Shown here: piece after piece, positions 1 through 13,081 of the stretch
How the letters are laid out: the number at the start of each line of letters is the position of its first letter
Numbering within the stretch: position 1 is the stretch's first letter
Assembly: GCA_002633005.1 (NCBI GenBank)
Contig: NMRA01000755.1
Span: forward strand, 62,001 to 126,000
Direction of reading: 5' to 3'
Origin: Phoronis australis
Taxonomy: Eukaryota > Animalia > Phoronida
DNA: 64,000 nucleotides
Program-made: the position numbers and the translations under genes
Notes under the pieces: model-generated
Database searches by the model: none
Told to the model about the DNA's origin: nothing
What the model saw: the letters and a program-made list of their open reading frames with translations, nothing else

Positions 1-1209
1 TGAAACAACAGTCAAACTATTTATCAAGTATTTTAATGGTTTGTTTGTAAAGATTTTGAATTTCCTTTAGTTTCAAATTAAAAAACGATCTATCAACTGC
101 TTGTCCCTTCGTCGATTGTTCTGCCACAAGGCAAAGCACGTCTCCTTATTTGGTATGACAAGACATAGTCGTAGCACATTTCCCTTATATGGAAAATGTG
201 ACCTTTGACCTTTGGTGTAAACAAAGCAAAAGCGATTTCAACTGGCAGCCAGTCCGACTTCGTTGGACGCATGCGCGAATATATATTTCTATATTTCGTC
301 TGCGTTTCAAAAATATTGAATTTGACGATTTTTTTCTACTTGCAATATTCAAAGTGAATTACTCTCACTTTAGCATCCCCAAGAAATAGATTCGCCACGA
401 TCTCTTCAAAAGGTATTTGAAAGAATTTTAACGTGCCATGCCTCTTTAAGACCCGACAAAATTAAAAACCGAAATCGTAAGTTATTCTGCCATTGAGAAG
501 GCTTAAGATTGAACTTTTGGTCTAAATGACCGACATTTACGACTACCATCACTGTAAACTGTTAACGAGCAGTTTTCGTTGATATTTTTTCACAATCTAA
601 TGTGCCAAAATAATGTAGAATTGAAGATCACCTGCTTTCCATTCGAGAACCGGCAAAGCGGCGTTGACTCGTAGAGACAATGCAGTGCAACCTACCCCCA
701 CATGTGAAATGATATTTTCCAGCCATGCCAGGGAGTCATTTCACGTAAACGAGATTACAGTTGTATCCAACATGCAAACAAATTCCCATTTAGAGTTTGA
801 AGACCAAGAATTGCTTGGTTGAATTTGCTGGAGTAGTGAGTCCGTGCCGAAGCCGCAAAAAGTTTCGTCACTGGATAAATGCCAGGAACAACACCTTCAA
901 TAACCATGCATAGACTAAGTATACAAGAGCACTATTTTTGTTGTTGAAGAGAGCGAATTATTTGGAATTTGGAAATCAACTGGCGCAATTGCATCAGATC
1001 CAGCTGCTAGTCACCAAAATCAAATGAGACTGGAAAATGTTCCGCAGGCGCGAGAACCTCGCAAAAATGCCAGGCTTCACGAGGTGTTGCCATGTATTAC
1101 AAGCGAAGCATGTGATCGCTGTCGGTTTCTTTCGCGGAATTCTTGCTTCTACAAAACTGCACCTCGGCTACATTTGAGGACAAGCTTATAGATGTGTTGT
1201 TTGTTCTAG

Positions 1210-1338
1210 AGGTTCCAGGCGGTAGTTCCGGCATGGCGGTAATCCGGTGTAAAGTCCAACTGCGCGGGAAATACGTCAGTATACAGATCAGGGGAAAGAA
1301 AGAAGTTCTCACTGTCTGTGAAATACAAGTGTTTCAGT
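1210..1338 (+). CDS. Internal exon of the ShKT gene, encoding the C-terminal part of an F-type lectin (fucolectin/FTP, F5/8-type fold)-like domain
   Basis: Acceptor ttctAG at 1208-1209 and donor GTaagt at 1339. The peptide VPGGSSGMAVIRCKVQLRGKYVSIQIRGKKEVLTVCEIQVFQ matches the G-R/K-Y-V-x-I...L-T-x-C-E-V-x-V terminal pattern of F-type lectin domains. Its phase-1 end joins the exon at 2134 in frame (T|CT = Ser). Upstream exons were not found in the window. Confidence 0.7.
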
Positions 1339-1584
1339 GTAAGTCTCTGTCATTTTGTAGTAGTTAAACACCATACATTATTTAGTGTAAGAGTTTTCAT
1401 AGAGCTGCATTCAGTTCTCTTGGTTTTCTCTCCTAACTTTCATAAAATCGATCTTATAATAATCTCTACGGTGATAATAGGATTCTGCGCGCTATTCCAA
1501 CTAGAACATCGACTCAAGAAAACGCTCCAAAGTTTGTTGGATTAACCAACCCTAAAATTGTGAATTCGATAGTGGCGCACGTAC

Positions 1585-1727
1585 CAGTGGCGGATCCCGG
1601 ATTTTTAGTTAGGGGGCAGTATATTAGCCGGGATTTTGCCCGTCAGACTTTCTCACCCCCGAACTGCCAAATGGAATCTGGGAGAATTTTAGGGGGGCCC
1701 CTTGTCCTCGCTCTAAATCCGCAACTG
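1585..1727. mobile_element. MITE, family A (CAGTGGCGGAT/CAGGGGCGGAT terminal inverted repeats)
   Basis: Runs cagtggcggatcc...aaatccgcaactg. Flanks cgtac/tgtac look like a 5-bp TSD. Homologous to the copies at 11721 and 20935. Confidence 0.75.
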
Positions 1728-2133
1728 TGTACTAACTTCTTGCGTCTTGACTTACAGATTCATTCAGTATAGGATGAATGTGGTAACGTTTTAAAACCAA
1801 AAGCGTTAAGAATTCAGCATCGCCAGCTAAACAATGGGCAAATGCAGCTTTAATGTTTACTCGGTTTTCGGCTTACGATAACTGTCGGAATGGCTCGAAC
1901 TTATAACGATTGATACAACCGGGTTGCAATTCGACGACAAACTACTGATCTAGAAAATTGATATGGTAACATTTTCCGTTTGACTGCATCGTGTTTTTTA
2001 TCAGCACAGCAACTACCTGTAGGGCCACAGCTCGGCGTAACGCTTCACTATGAGCCTCGTGGTCATTTGGTGCGTTTTCCTCTACAAATAAACTCTTTAA
2101 GAGCCCTGACTCTCAAGCTTTGGTTTTTTGTAG

Positions 2134-3023
2134 CTGTGTACCTGGCAGACTTCAGAGATATTTCTGACCATACCTGTGTAGACCATCACGGGTTTTGCTC
2201 CTTCTGGGGAGATTTGGGAGAATGCGAGAAAGAGTCACAGAAACCCTATTTGCACAGGATGTGTCCTTTCTCTTGCAAGCTGTGTTCGAGACCTGGCGCA
2301 GTCACTCACGAGCCTTTCACTTTGGCTACACCCACTGGCACTTCGGCTTATCCTGGTGAAGACTGTGAAGACACGCACCCGTCGTGTCTGCACGTGGTCG
2401 CCAATCAGGAGTGTCGCGCGCGCAGATTGTACCGTACCATGTGCAGGAAGTCGTGCGGATTCTGTGGCAAGGAAATCAAATTGTACGCTGGTGTTCCCGA
2501 AGAGCGGCGTAAAGCCTTCGGGAAAATAAAAGAGAAGAACCTGAAAAAAGCATCCGAGTCATCTACATCTAGAGACAATGAAATCGAGGAGTTGCCTTGC
2601 CGGGATCGAAGTGCAGGTTGTTATATAAGGGTGCGGCATGGACTCTGCAAGTGGCATGCGGAAACACGTGAATTGTGTGCCGAGTCCTGTGGTATTTGTG
2701 GCATTCGCAGGGTGTCGCCACTAAGGCGTAACAGGCATAGGAACTGTTTTGACATTCACGGAAGTTGCGCGGAGTGGTCGCGTGTTGGTTATTGTGTTTC
2801 CAACGAATCTGTCAAAGACTTCTGTCCGCTAACCTGTGACCTCTGTGAAGAACAGAGGGCTCGAAATGGACAGCGAGCGCCACGCACTAGAGAAGATTCA
2901 CCGACGTATCGATGTCGAGATCGTCATTACAAGTGCAGGTCTTGGGCTAGAAAAGGGTTTTGTATTCACAATAGATATACCCAAAATAGGTGTCATAAGT
3001 CGTGTAGGATATGTCAGTCGTAG
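2134..3023 (+). CDS. Terminal exon encoding five tandem ShKT (six-cysteine) domains
   Basis: Acceptor ttttttgTAG at 2131-2133 and stop TAG at 3021-3023. Five C-x-D...C...C...C-x-x-S/T-C-x-x-C units: CVDHHGFC..CPFSCKLC, CEDTHPSC..CRKSCGFC, CRDRSAGC..CAESCGIC, CFDIHGSC..CPLTCDLC and CRDRHYKC..CHKSCRIC. AATAAA at ~3459. Confidence 0.9.
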
Positions 3024-6000
3024 CTGCATGGCTACCCTTTAAAAGGTTCTGGAATTATTTTTAATCAAAACAACGGGCGTCAAAACAGCTCGTTTGAAAA
3101 TATAATTTTGTTACGGACTCTCTGATGGACTTACACTCACTCATTACAAAAAGTGGGATTGCAAGTCCCTTTCAGAGTGATTTATTGGAGGAAAAAAACT
3201 ACTGGCTCATTTCTTTGTAATTAATTTTGCGATGGAATTTGGGAGGCATATTTCCCCTTTTCAGCGCTACGCCGCACGTCAATGGTCTGTAGGTCGGTGC
3301 ACCACAAGGGGGCTGAGGGGGCTTTAGCCCCTCCATTTTTTTCAGTGTTGCACCGCCCATGATTTTGGTAATGCTTGTTTATATCTTTTTATCCATAACA
3401 TAACGATCTGACGGACGCACGTTCACATGTCCACATATGCCTTCCCCAATTAATGGTAAATAAATGTTGAGTTCAATTTGATCTCATCAAATGATTATTT
3501 TAGTTAAATGTGTTCCTCTATTTCGGTAATGTACATTCAGAAAGGTATGTGCTTGCAATTAAACGATGCGTTTTAAATCTCCGTTGACATCGTGTCTGGA
3601 CCTGGGACCTCAAAACTTTATTCGGAACTTTATCGAGAGTTGACCAATCGATTTATGTTATGAAATTTGAGACTTTATTCGGAGTTTGCCTCACGATTCA
3701 TCAGTCTTGCTCTAAACCATTCTCAAGCAAAAAAATGCCACTGATGGTTCTGAACTAAACGTGAGTCTGTACAACAATATCTGTAGTGCCATCTGGCGAC
3801 TGATTTTAATGAGGCGCTTTAGGAAGGCATTGGCAATTTCTTCCTTTTCGCTGGCTATACCGAACATTAACTTTGAAAGCGGTCCCTGGCGGTAGTCACA
3901 CTGTCAGTTAGTTGCTTACATTAGAAAATGTCAATTTATTTTCGTTGTTACTTTTATCGTATGAACAACTTTTCAGGAATCATGCCGTGGTCAGTCGGTT
4001 ACCTTTCTCTCCAAAGGCATGCTTTCAATAGGCGTATCTGCAATGGTATAGAACCACCCGCATCATTTGTAAAACATTTCCCCAAAAATTTTAAAGCACC
4101 GTTACATCACGTTACCCTTATAAAATCGGCCTTGTCTTGTCCCTTGGTCTGTTTGGAAATTATTTCTGAACTCGGGAAGAACTGGGCGCACTCTTAAAGC
4201 CTTTAAATGAAATTCTTTGAACTTAATTATTCTGACGAAATAACGAACTGCCCCAGTTATTTCGAAGCCCTTATGTCACCTCCAAGTCAGGTGACGCCAC
4301 CTCCAAGTTGGCTAAGGAACAATTTGAGACCATTTTCATAACTATTAGTGATATAAATCAACTTAAGTTGGCTTTGTGATCGAAGGCGACTTCCAGCTTT
4401 ACACAGACTTCTTTTGTGACCCGCATTCTCAATTAACCTTTATCTACATGACATCGCGTTTGATCAAAAGAAATTTTAAAACACATAACAATTGATGTAA
4501 TACTTTTAATTTTTGGTCATGCGCTAACAAATGATCACTGCCAAAGAGAAGAACACTGCGCTTAGCTTTTTTATAAACATGGAAAATTCAAAGTAAAAGT
4601 AGCGTGTGTAATACTCCATGCGATATGTCCCTATTTAGTGTCACTTTTCACCAATACTGAAACTAAATTAAACGTATTACATTGCCTGCAGTGGTTTGAT
4701 TGAAAAGAAATGTCAAGTCCTTTCAGAAAGGAAGCTCGTTTGTCAAAAATGAGGATTTTCAAAATTTTGTCTGATGAGCACATTTCCAGTTTTAAGAGAT
4801 TATGTGCTCGGAATGAAAGGCCTTCACGTGCGACATTTTCATGCGCCATTGGAATTGACGACGTAATACATGTAAAAGCGTTCTCGTTGGTCACCATTAA
4901 AGTGTTAAGAATTGTGTTTTCGAATTGTCTGACAACACTAGGCAAAAATATAAGCATGGAAATTTTGAGACATCCAGTTGAGAAAACAGATAAAATTTGA
5001 GTCCAATAGTGGAATAAAAACTTACAAAAATTAGTGACATTGCGTCCGCATCTCACTGGGCAAAGTGAGGTAACTTGAGAACATGACGTCACGATAATCG
5101 TCAATGCAATTCGATCTTAAAAGTTATCAGTGTTCTTTCCTATTTGACTGTAGAAGTTCGTGTGTCAAAATTCACTATGGTCAGTTAAAGTTTCAGCTGC
5201 TTATTTTTTTCTGATAAAAATGACAGTATACTCGTAGAGTAGGAAGTAGTGTTATCTCTCCGGAAATCATGTGATCAATTAAAGTTATTCAAACGACCTC
5301 CTTTCGTCAACCAGAGAAGCATGCTAATATTTGTATGTTTCAATACTGTTGAAGTGCTTTAATCAAGCGATTTGAGTATTTTTCTGCTAAAGGAAACATT
5401 TTCACGTGTACCTGGTGTCTCCGTCAACAGTGTCCTTCTATACTTCTGTGTATGGTTCACTTATTACGTCGCAATAGTTTTTTATAAAGAAGGCCCTTCG
5501 CCACAGGTTCCCACTTAGCAGACGAGCTTGTATCACCAATAGGTGTCGCGTCTGCGATCGACAGACTTTTGCAGACCTACAGTACAACACTAGTTCTTTC
5601 CTTTGAGTTGAAATGTTTACTAGTAATATTTGTTTAGTTTCAGTTGAAATAAGGATAAACAAGGATTGAAAAAAGCTAAGAGTCAATTTTAAACCACCAA
5701 GTCAACATGGTTATGCCAGAAGCCAGTCTGTGTTTCATAGACGCACAAATAAAGCTGTATAAAACAGTAAAAGAGCAGTGACTTACAGTGCATGACGCTG
5801 TTTTGCGAAGTCTTGTTTGACCTTGTCGCGAGTCTTGCGTCTACGGTACACTGTACCTGGTAATCACACCGGTTTTCTGACTCACGGCAATCTTGTTGTC
5901 TATCCATCTCAAATAATGTGACCCATATATTACATAGCCTGTCTTTGATACTCTGAACACCCTCGCCTACTGCAACAGCACAGCCAGGTGTTACACTAGT

Positions 6001-8451
6001 AGAGAAGAAAATTGCCCTTGAACTTCCTTGACCAACACATTTCCGCACGCCACTTTGCATGCTAAACTGGTAGGATCAGCAGATGACCTTCGTCGGTTGC
6101 CGTGTTGCGTTCCACGCGAGGCTTGTTTGCAGCAGCCCCTTCCCCCCTACGCTGTGGTGGCTACGACTTGTGACGCCGAGGCGAAGTCCGCCTCGCCACG
6201 GTCGTCACAAATTTTTAATAGCCCCGCCTGTGGGTACAGTGTGGGGTCCCTATTTTACATGAGGTCCTAAGCTGCAGCTTGTTTAGCTTGGAGGGATACA
6301 AACCTTGCTTGGGTGATTTTAAACACTCCTTGGACTGTCACATTTTACCTTATGAACCATTCGCGTTTCATTTGACTGATAAAAGCAGGATTTAACTAAA
6401 ACACATACTGGCTGTGTTTTGGAATAGATGTTTTGATGGTCTTTCCCTACTTTCCTCTACATTTGCCCCTAAAGCGTAGGTCACGCGTGTTCGTTTAGCA
6501 TACACTGTAAGGAATTATTTGCTCCAAACATTTGAGGCTACAGAACAATATTTAATTTTGTATAGCTGGATGGGAAACTCGTTGTCAAAGTGTGTTAATT
6601 GGGCAAAACCGGGTTCCGTACCCTTTTAATGGATAATCCGGAGCACTGCATTATTCTTATTGCAACTTACAAAGGAACCTTCGGAAACCATATCATGGAG
6701 ATCGTACCACCAACTATGCATGTTACCTGCTGACGAACGTGGCATTTGCAGAACGTTCATTCGCATGTGTCCCAGACAATGCTGCGTGCAGTTGTGCAAC
6801 TTGATTTCCGCTTGCCGCTTAGGAACACTATCTCCAGAGAAGAAAATGCCGTGCTCCGAGTTCTGAGCTTCAGTTGTGAATGCAAGCATTCTTGTAAGGC
6901 AAAATGCTAAAGAAACACTGCAAAATTGTCCCTCTCAGACATTTTCTCTTACCAGTCCTGTAAGTTCGGTTTTCATTTTTCCCAATAGAATTGTTCACTT
7001 CGATCACAAGGGCGGATCTAGTTTTCTCTTGCGAAAATGCTTCCATTTCCGGCAGATTTAATCATACATATATACATGTACGGTCTCGCGCTTTTGGACC
7101 AACAAGCATCCAGCCGATGAACCAGTATTGAACTGGTCCTTCTGAGATTGTGATGATAGTCGATCGTGTTTGCGAAGACCACACTAACATGTCTTGTGTT
7201 TCTGCGAATTATTCAGATACAATTTCAAGAATTAAAGGAAGAAAAATACCGTTTTGTTTAAAAGGACGTTTGTAACAGGTACCTAAAAATCCTGGCGGGT
7301 TTCTCGGAGTTAAAATTCGTCGTGTTCCGGCATCGGGGCTTTGTTGGATGATAAGTCTCTTTCTGGCAATATATCAGTTATTTATTCTAGTGTCCAAGAA
7401 AAAAAAATGGTCCACATCGGTTTTGAGATGTTTTAGGAAGTATTCAAGGTAAATATGCTTCTGTTTACGGCGTTGGTCTTAACGCTTTACACGTTAAGTG
7501 GTCAGGTTTGATAGCATTCTTCTGCGTGTACAAGCATATCCAGGAAAAGAAACAACTTCTAAATAAAATGCGGTTTTAAAGAAAACACCACAGCAGATAC
7601 ACTTAAAATCAGCATATAGAAAACCCTAGTAATTCCAAATATCACGCAATCATTTTTTTTTGATAGTGGAATTAACATATGATAAAAACTGCGCCATGTT
7701 TTATTATGGTAACGATGACATATCACCATACTAATTTACATAAAAATAGCCTTACAAAACGAGACTTTCGTGAGATTATAATGGCAACAGGTTCTCGGAT
7801 GGTTTCCGGCATACCGGAAGACCCGGGGTTGTTTGTAAATTAGTACGTCATTTGCATATTTACAATTTAATGAGACATACATGAAACATCTTTAACATGT
7901 CGCGCTGAGACAAAGACCTCGTACGTGTATATGTAGTCAAAAAGCTAATATAGCGTTCAAGCATCTGAAACGAGAACAACATAACTTTGCTGCTTAGATG
8001 TTTTGGTATTTCACATGCTCTATAGTGCACAAACTCAGACTCATGCCTGGTTTGAACTCCTTTTTTGTTTTTGAGTGCAGCAATTACACAAAAGTGTAGC
8101 AAGTTCTTGGGGAGCCAGGGTTAGAGTACAGGGATTATTTTGATGAAAACAGGGGCGGAGAACCTCTACTTGTACAAAAGCAACTCAGCGTGAGTTGTTC
8201 AAACTTTAGGAACGAAACAAACTAAACACAGTTGAATTTATTCAGGCAAAAAACTTGTTTGTTAAGCTGTGAAAGTCCTATGAGAAGCATATGCGGGTCG
8301 TTATAATTTCGTTTAAAAACAGTCTCTTTGGTGATCCGATCAATTAACACGGAAATAACTAAATACACACTTGATACATATCAGCTGTTTAGATACAAAG
8401 TTAACGCAGTTGTTAAGTGACTCAGCGTTGTGGAAACCTACAATTGATTCA

Positions 8452-8620
8452 GGGTACGTTCCAAGGAACTGACTTAAGTTCATTTTTGACTAAAATTCAA
8501 AGATTTGTCTTAAGTCAAACGTAAGATTTCTTTATTGAAACGGACTTCAGGCAACTTTAAGGTTTATCTTGACTGAAATTTAAGATTTGTCTTAGCTAAG
8601 TCAGTTTTGTTGGAACGGGC
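8452..8620. mobile_element. Short fold-back element / MITE
   Basis: Imperfect inverted ends cgttccaaggaactgacttaag...ctaagtcagttttgttggaacg, with an internal direct duplication ttgact(a/g)aaatt(c/t)aagatttgtctta. Confidence 0.55.
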
Positions 8621-8687
8621 TCTTGACCAATAACATGTTTAACACCTAAGAATCTTCTGGTAGCAATTAAGCTTTTGCCAGCGCAAT

Positions 8688-8864
8688 CTGCATTTAGATG
8701 TAAACACGACAGAAATTTTTACATGAAGAGCATACCACAAGCTGCATTTACATGTAAACATGACGGAAATTTTTACGTAAAGAGCATACCGCAAGCTGCA
8801 TTTACATGTAAATTCGACGGAATTTTTTGCATAAAGAGCATACCACAAGCTGATTTTACATGTA
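8688..8864. repeat. Minisatellite, ~54-bp unit x ~3.3
   Basis: Unit tgcatttacatgtaaacatgacggaaatttttacgtaaagagcataccacaagc repeated with few substitutions. It explains the repetitive ORFs 8639-8983 and 8675-9085. Confidence 0.9.
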
Positions 8865-11720
8865 TAACATTTTATTTGAAGAGCAGACGTATCTTCAAAA
8901 ACTTGCTGAGAGAAAAGTTTACCATTCCAGATCGTTCGATACATGTAATTTACTGCACAGTAAATGAGACGTGTTCGCCACACATAATTAGCAAACCAGC
9001 ACGCGATTCGGTCTCATTAAAGTGTCCGTTTACAGGTACCTATCTTGATCAGTTCTCCTTGGCGATGACCATTTTGTGCTTCTGACATCACTTATCAATC
9101 ATTTACTCTGCTGATTCGTAAACTGTTTGTGCGCGGCCAAAAAGCAATGCGTTTCCGAATCACGTTGAAGTCGCAAATGTTAGATTAAATTTTCTCACTC
9201 ATGTTCATTCTAAGTGGAAAATGAAACAAAAAGTAATGATAAAAATTGACTGGAACTAAAATTTATTGTAAAACACTGTAAATCACACATACCGGTATAC
9301 AAAATATGATTTCACCCACCTCGAAAATGAAAATATTGTTATTTTCGAGGCAAAAAATGGAGGTACAAAGACAAGTTGTATGTCTTCTATTACAATTGAC
9401 CTTTGGGCCTAGTTGCTACGTAAGCCACTGTGAAGGTGCCCCCTTATTACCGTCAAAGGATCGAGGTTGGTTATTTCATCACATGTCTATATGTATCTGT
9501 CCGCATATCTATCTTTATATCGTTAGTGAAAGTAATGTCAACCTAGCATTTTTATTGGACTAACATGGCGGTCATTTCCTTTTCTTACTTATTCATCCTT
9601 ACAAAAAGTACCTAATACATGTGCTTATTAGGGTTATGAGATTAATTAGCAAGCCATTACTGCATTAAAATGTTACAAAGCTTTTAGTGTTCAAGGCCAA
9701 AGGTCCAGCGTACGCATACACGCCTGTTTGCGCCGGTGACATAAACATTCTTCGCTGCCAGGCGCGTGCAGGCTGAATTCGAAACGATATTTTCGAGGAT
9801 TGTTTCCGCTTGAGCGAATTTGAGTGCTAATAAAAATGACTCTCGCCACATAAGGGCTACTAAACAATAGAACATTTGTAATTTGATTATACTTGTTAGA
9901 ATGTTATGTGCTGTCACCGGCTGTTTATGTCCCCGTTACTCGTTGGGCGATCAAAAGGCCACATGTCACCTACACTTCATAACGTCAGAGTTTTGATTTA
10001 GCTGATCATTTTTTCCTATAACGTTTTGGTTCTAAAACATCTTAAGTTACGTCCTTTATCTTATTTAGGTCCCCAAATGAGTTTCCACCCGACAAGTACT
10101 TGATCAAAAAGGTATGTTAAAATTATGTAAATAGTTCGGCGTGTAATGACGAATTTCAATAGTGTGACCGTTCTTGTTTATTTTTCCGCAAGTGCGAATT
10201 CATATTGGGGGAGCATTATTTGGAAATAAATGTACGTATCGACTTTAATTTCCCTTTTTAGGTTTGTAAAAATGAAGTCGCACGATTTCTTTGCATTTTC
10301 ACGTTTCACGATTTATTACCTAGTGCGAGCATTAAGCAACGGAAACTTATTTTGGGTATTTACATAAAATTTGTTTTGCCTGTTTGTTTGTACAATCGCA
10401 TACATTGCTGAAGATTTACATGTATGTTGCTTTCTTTGAATTCGATATAATAAAACGCACGTACGTTGAAATAAGATCCCGTCCATTTTACAAAAGGACA
10501 GGTGAACGCAAGCTTAAATCATATAATTTACTTGTATTAAAATTTGTTGTTGACAATTATAGCCTATCTTGCAAACTGCGATAATGGCCCGTTTTATAGA
10601 CAATTACGCTGGAGACGGACCAAACCCGGCGAGGACGCGAGGCGACACGCCGTTTAGACGACTTTAATCGTCTTAAACTTCTGTCGTCGTTTCAAAAGCC
10701 AATTTGTTGGAACAGATTACAAAATCGGTTTGCCAAGATTTGAATGAAAAAATGTGGCTGCACACCCAATTATGTAATTACACCAGATTTGTCGACGAGG
10801 AAGTAGCTAATTTGAATCGATAGGAAAATAAGCTGTTCGAATTATCGTATCAAAACCAATGGAACATGCTCTCCTTCTCGCATTCTACATGTATTTAGTC
10901 AAACTTTATGACGTTTCAAGAAGTCCCATTTAGGACACGATCGCCACTCGCTCGTCCTCATTTGCGTGAATCTCTTCAGTCACCATTCGTTACTGACCCA
11001 TTTCACAAATTCGTTCTTAACTAGTGTTGTAACCAGGAAGTTGAATTAGATTGAAATACATCATTGTATAACATATAGAACCTTAGTCTACAGTATATGT
11101 TCCCTTAAAACTAGTGGTAGCAGGGCCTATAGCCAAATTCGACCATACCTTTATACAATGGGAATTTAGGCCTACTACTAACTTTTAAAAATTTCACTTC
11201 CTTGAATTTTAGCAAGAACGCTCTTATTAGAAACTTAGCATTCTACGACCTCGTACTACACAGAACAAGCATATTACAGTTGTGTACACGTGTAGGTACA
11301 TTTGATGACGGCAAATGTTTACTCCGACGAGCAACGCAACGCGGATCTTTATGCTGTTTACTCTGGCTGGGTGCAGCAATTTTCGACTTGGTGCACGATT
11401 TTTTCGAAAAGTTTACCGAAAAGAAAATACCAGAATACCAACAACTTTATAAAATGTATCTTCTTTATAGCATCTTGTCTTTGTTAACAATTAAGTGTTT
11501 ATTGATGACCTATGAAATTCAAACTTGCCGTTAGATGTGTAAATTTCGCACTTGAAATATTTGCGCGACTAATTGTCGTCTCCAATTCGTTTACACTAGC
11601 TTCTAGAGTTTTGTCAATACGAAGCATTCATCGATAAATGATCTGCACTTTTGTCACTCGAAACATAAACACCAACAACGAACCAAATTTGAGGTTGTGA
11701 AATGTTCTCAGTATACAAAT

Positions 11721-11895
11721 CAGTGGCAGATTTAAAGGGGGGAGGGCAAGGGGGCCACGATCCCCCCCCTAAAGTTCTCCCAGATTTCATTTGGCAGTTC
11801 GGGGGTGCGAATGTCTGAAGGGCAAAATCTTGGCTAATACTCGGCCCTGCCCTCGGCTCCCCTCCACCTAACTCAAAATCCTGTATCCGCCCCTG
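11721..11895. mobile_element. MITE, family A, upstream of Gsx
   Basis: Runs cagtggcagattt...gtatccgcccctg with flanks caaat/taaat. Reverse-orientation homolog of the copy at 20935-21255. Confidence 0.75.
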
Positions 11896-12339
11896 TAAAT
11901 GCCATCAAAATGTTGACCGTTAATTAATCATGACAACAGATCAACAGAATTTAACTACACTTTTGAATTAGGTGATATTTTAAAAACTGCTAAACTTATA
12001 AAACAAAGGTGTGTAGTATATACCACGTAATACTTTTTGCCAGTTGAAATACATTTTCATAATATTATCTTGCCATTGTACGTGAACCTGCAAGTAAAAA
12101 TATCGGTGACTATCCAAGCTCACTCATTAAACAAACAAATTATTTCGTAAGTGGCTTTACAGAAACACGGAAAACTGGTTTTAGGGAGTCACATTTGTCT
12201 ATGTTACGCATTCGTTCATTTTATAATTGCATGCGTTTTCCGTTTTTTACTGAAGTCAAATTATTATTTAACACGAATTGGGTATTTGCCAAGGTCTACT
12301 CTGTTGATTGTTATTCCGAAATGAGCAAATTAAATACTT

Positions 12340-12630
12340 CGTAATACTTCATTGGCTAATTGCCTTTTGAAAATGCGTTGTTCATTGGGCGCTGGAACCT
12401 CAGGCAGGTGTGATCATTAACGTATTTACTCCCGCCCACATGTCCTTATTTGGAAAGTAACGTCGTGTGGTTGGCACGCGAAATTCGACAGTGTCCATTT
12501 CTAAACGAGCAATTAAAGTTCAACAGATGAAAACCTGGAGCAGCATCAAATTTGATTGGCATTTAAGAAGTAATCGCAGAGTATTACCTGAACTAAGTAA
12601 ACATGCATTGTATGTATAAATAGAGGTGTC
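12340..12630 (+). promoter_or_regulatory. Gsx proximal promoter: TATA box, inverted CCAAT boxes, GC box and CArG box
   Basis: TATAAATA at 12615-12622, ~110 bp before the ATG. ATTGG at ~12352, ~12385 and ~12555. cccgccc at ~12431. CCTTATTTGG at 12444-12453. Confidence 0.5.
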
Positions 12631-12729
12631 GACGAGACTATACTTTTGTAACTACATCTGACGTGTACAAAAGAGGATGAAATTTTATTTTTCTCACTAA
12701 AGGAGAGCAGTTGATATTTCATAAAGACG

Positions 12730-13081
12730 ATGTCGCGTTCCTTTCTCGTCGATTCCCTTATTTTGAAGCCATCGGCGACTTCTGTCACATCTGTACCGGG
12801 CGTCACCATGCCTGTATCGCAGTCTTTACATTGCTTACCGCGGACCCCTGCCATCGGCGATTATCTGGCGCCGTGCTGTCCACTGTGCACTCACGGGAAT
12901 ACAGGTCTTCACCCCGTTTCCAGACCAATGTGCTTGTCTAGGACCCACCAAAGCAGTCTGCATCCACCTCTAACGGCCTACACTGGCTTAAGACTACACA
13001 GAGAAGATCCACAACCCACGGCACCAATAAATTTTCTCAGACGGATGGAATCTTCGCGCTTACCACCAATATCTACAGGAG
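12730..13081 (+). CDS. Gsx: Gsx exon 1
   Basis: ATG at 12730, [13 protein letters not shown]..., donor G|GTAAGC at 13082 (phase 1). Confidence 0.92.

Noticed and set aside
1980-2133. N-terminal part of the 347-aa ORF
   Set aside because: It starts at TTG and lies upstream of a clear acceptor at 2131-2133, so it is intronic read-through.
4631-5104. 157-aa minus-strand ORF
   Set aside because: Non-ATG start, low-information composition and no domain; probably within degenerate repeat sequence.
8688-8864. CRISPR-like periodicity (also at 18282-18416 and 48720-48805)
   Set aside because: These are head-to-tail tandem repeats without unique spacers, in a eukaryotic context with no cas genes.
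8639-9085. ORFs with repeated 18-aa Cys-containing units on both strands
   Set aside because: They are by-products of the 54-bp minisatellite, with no splice or homology support.
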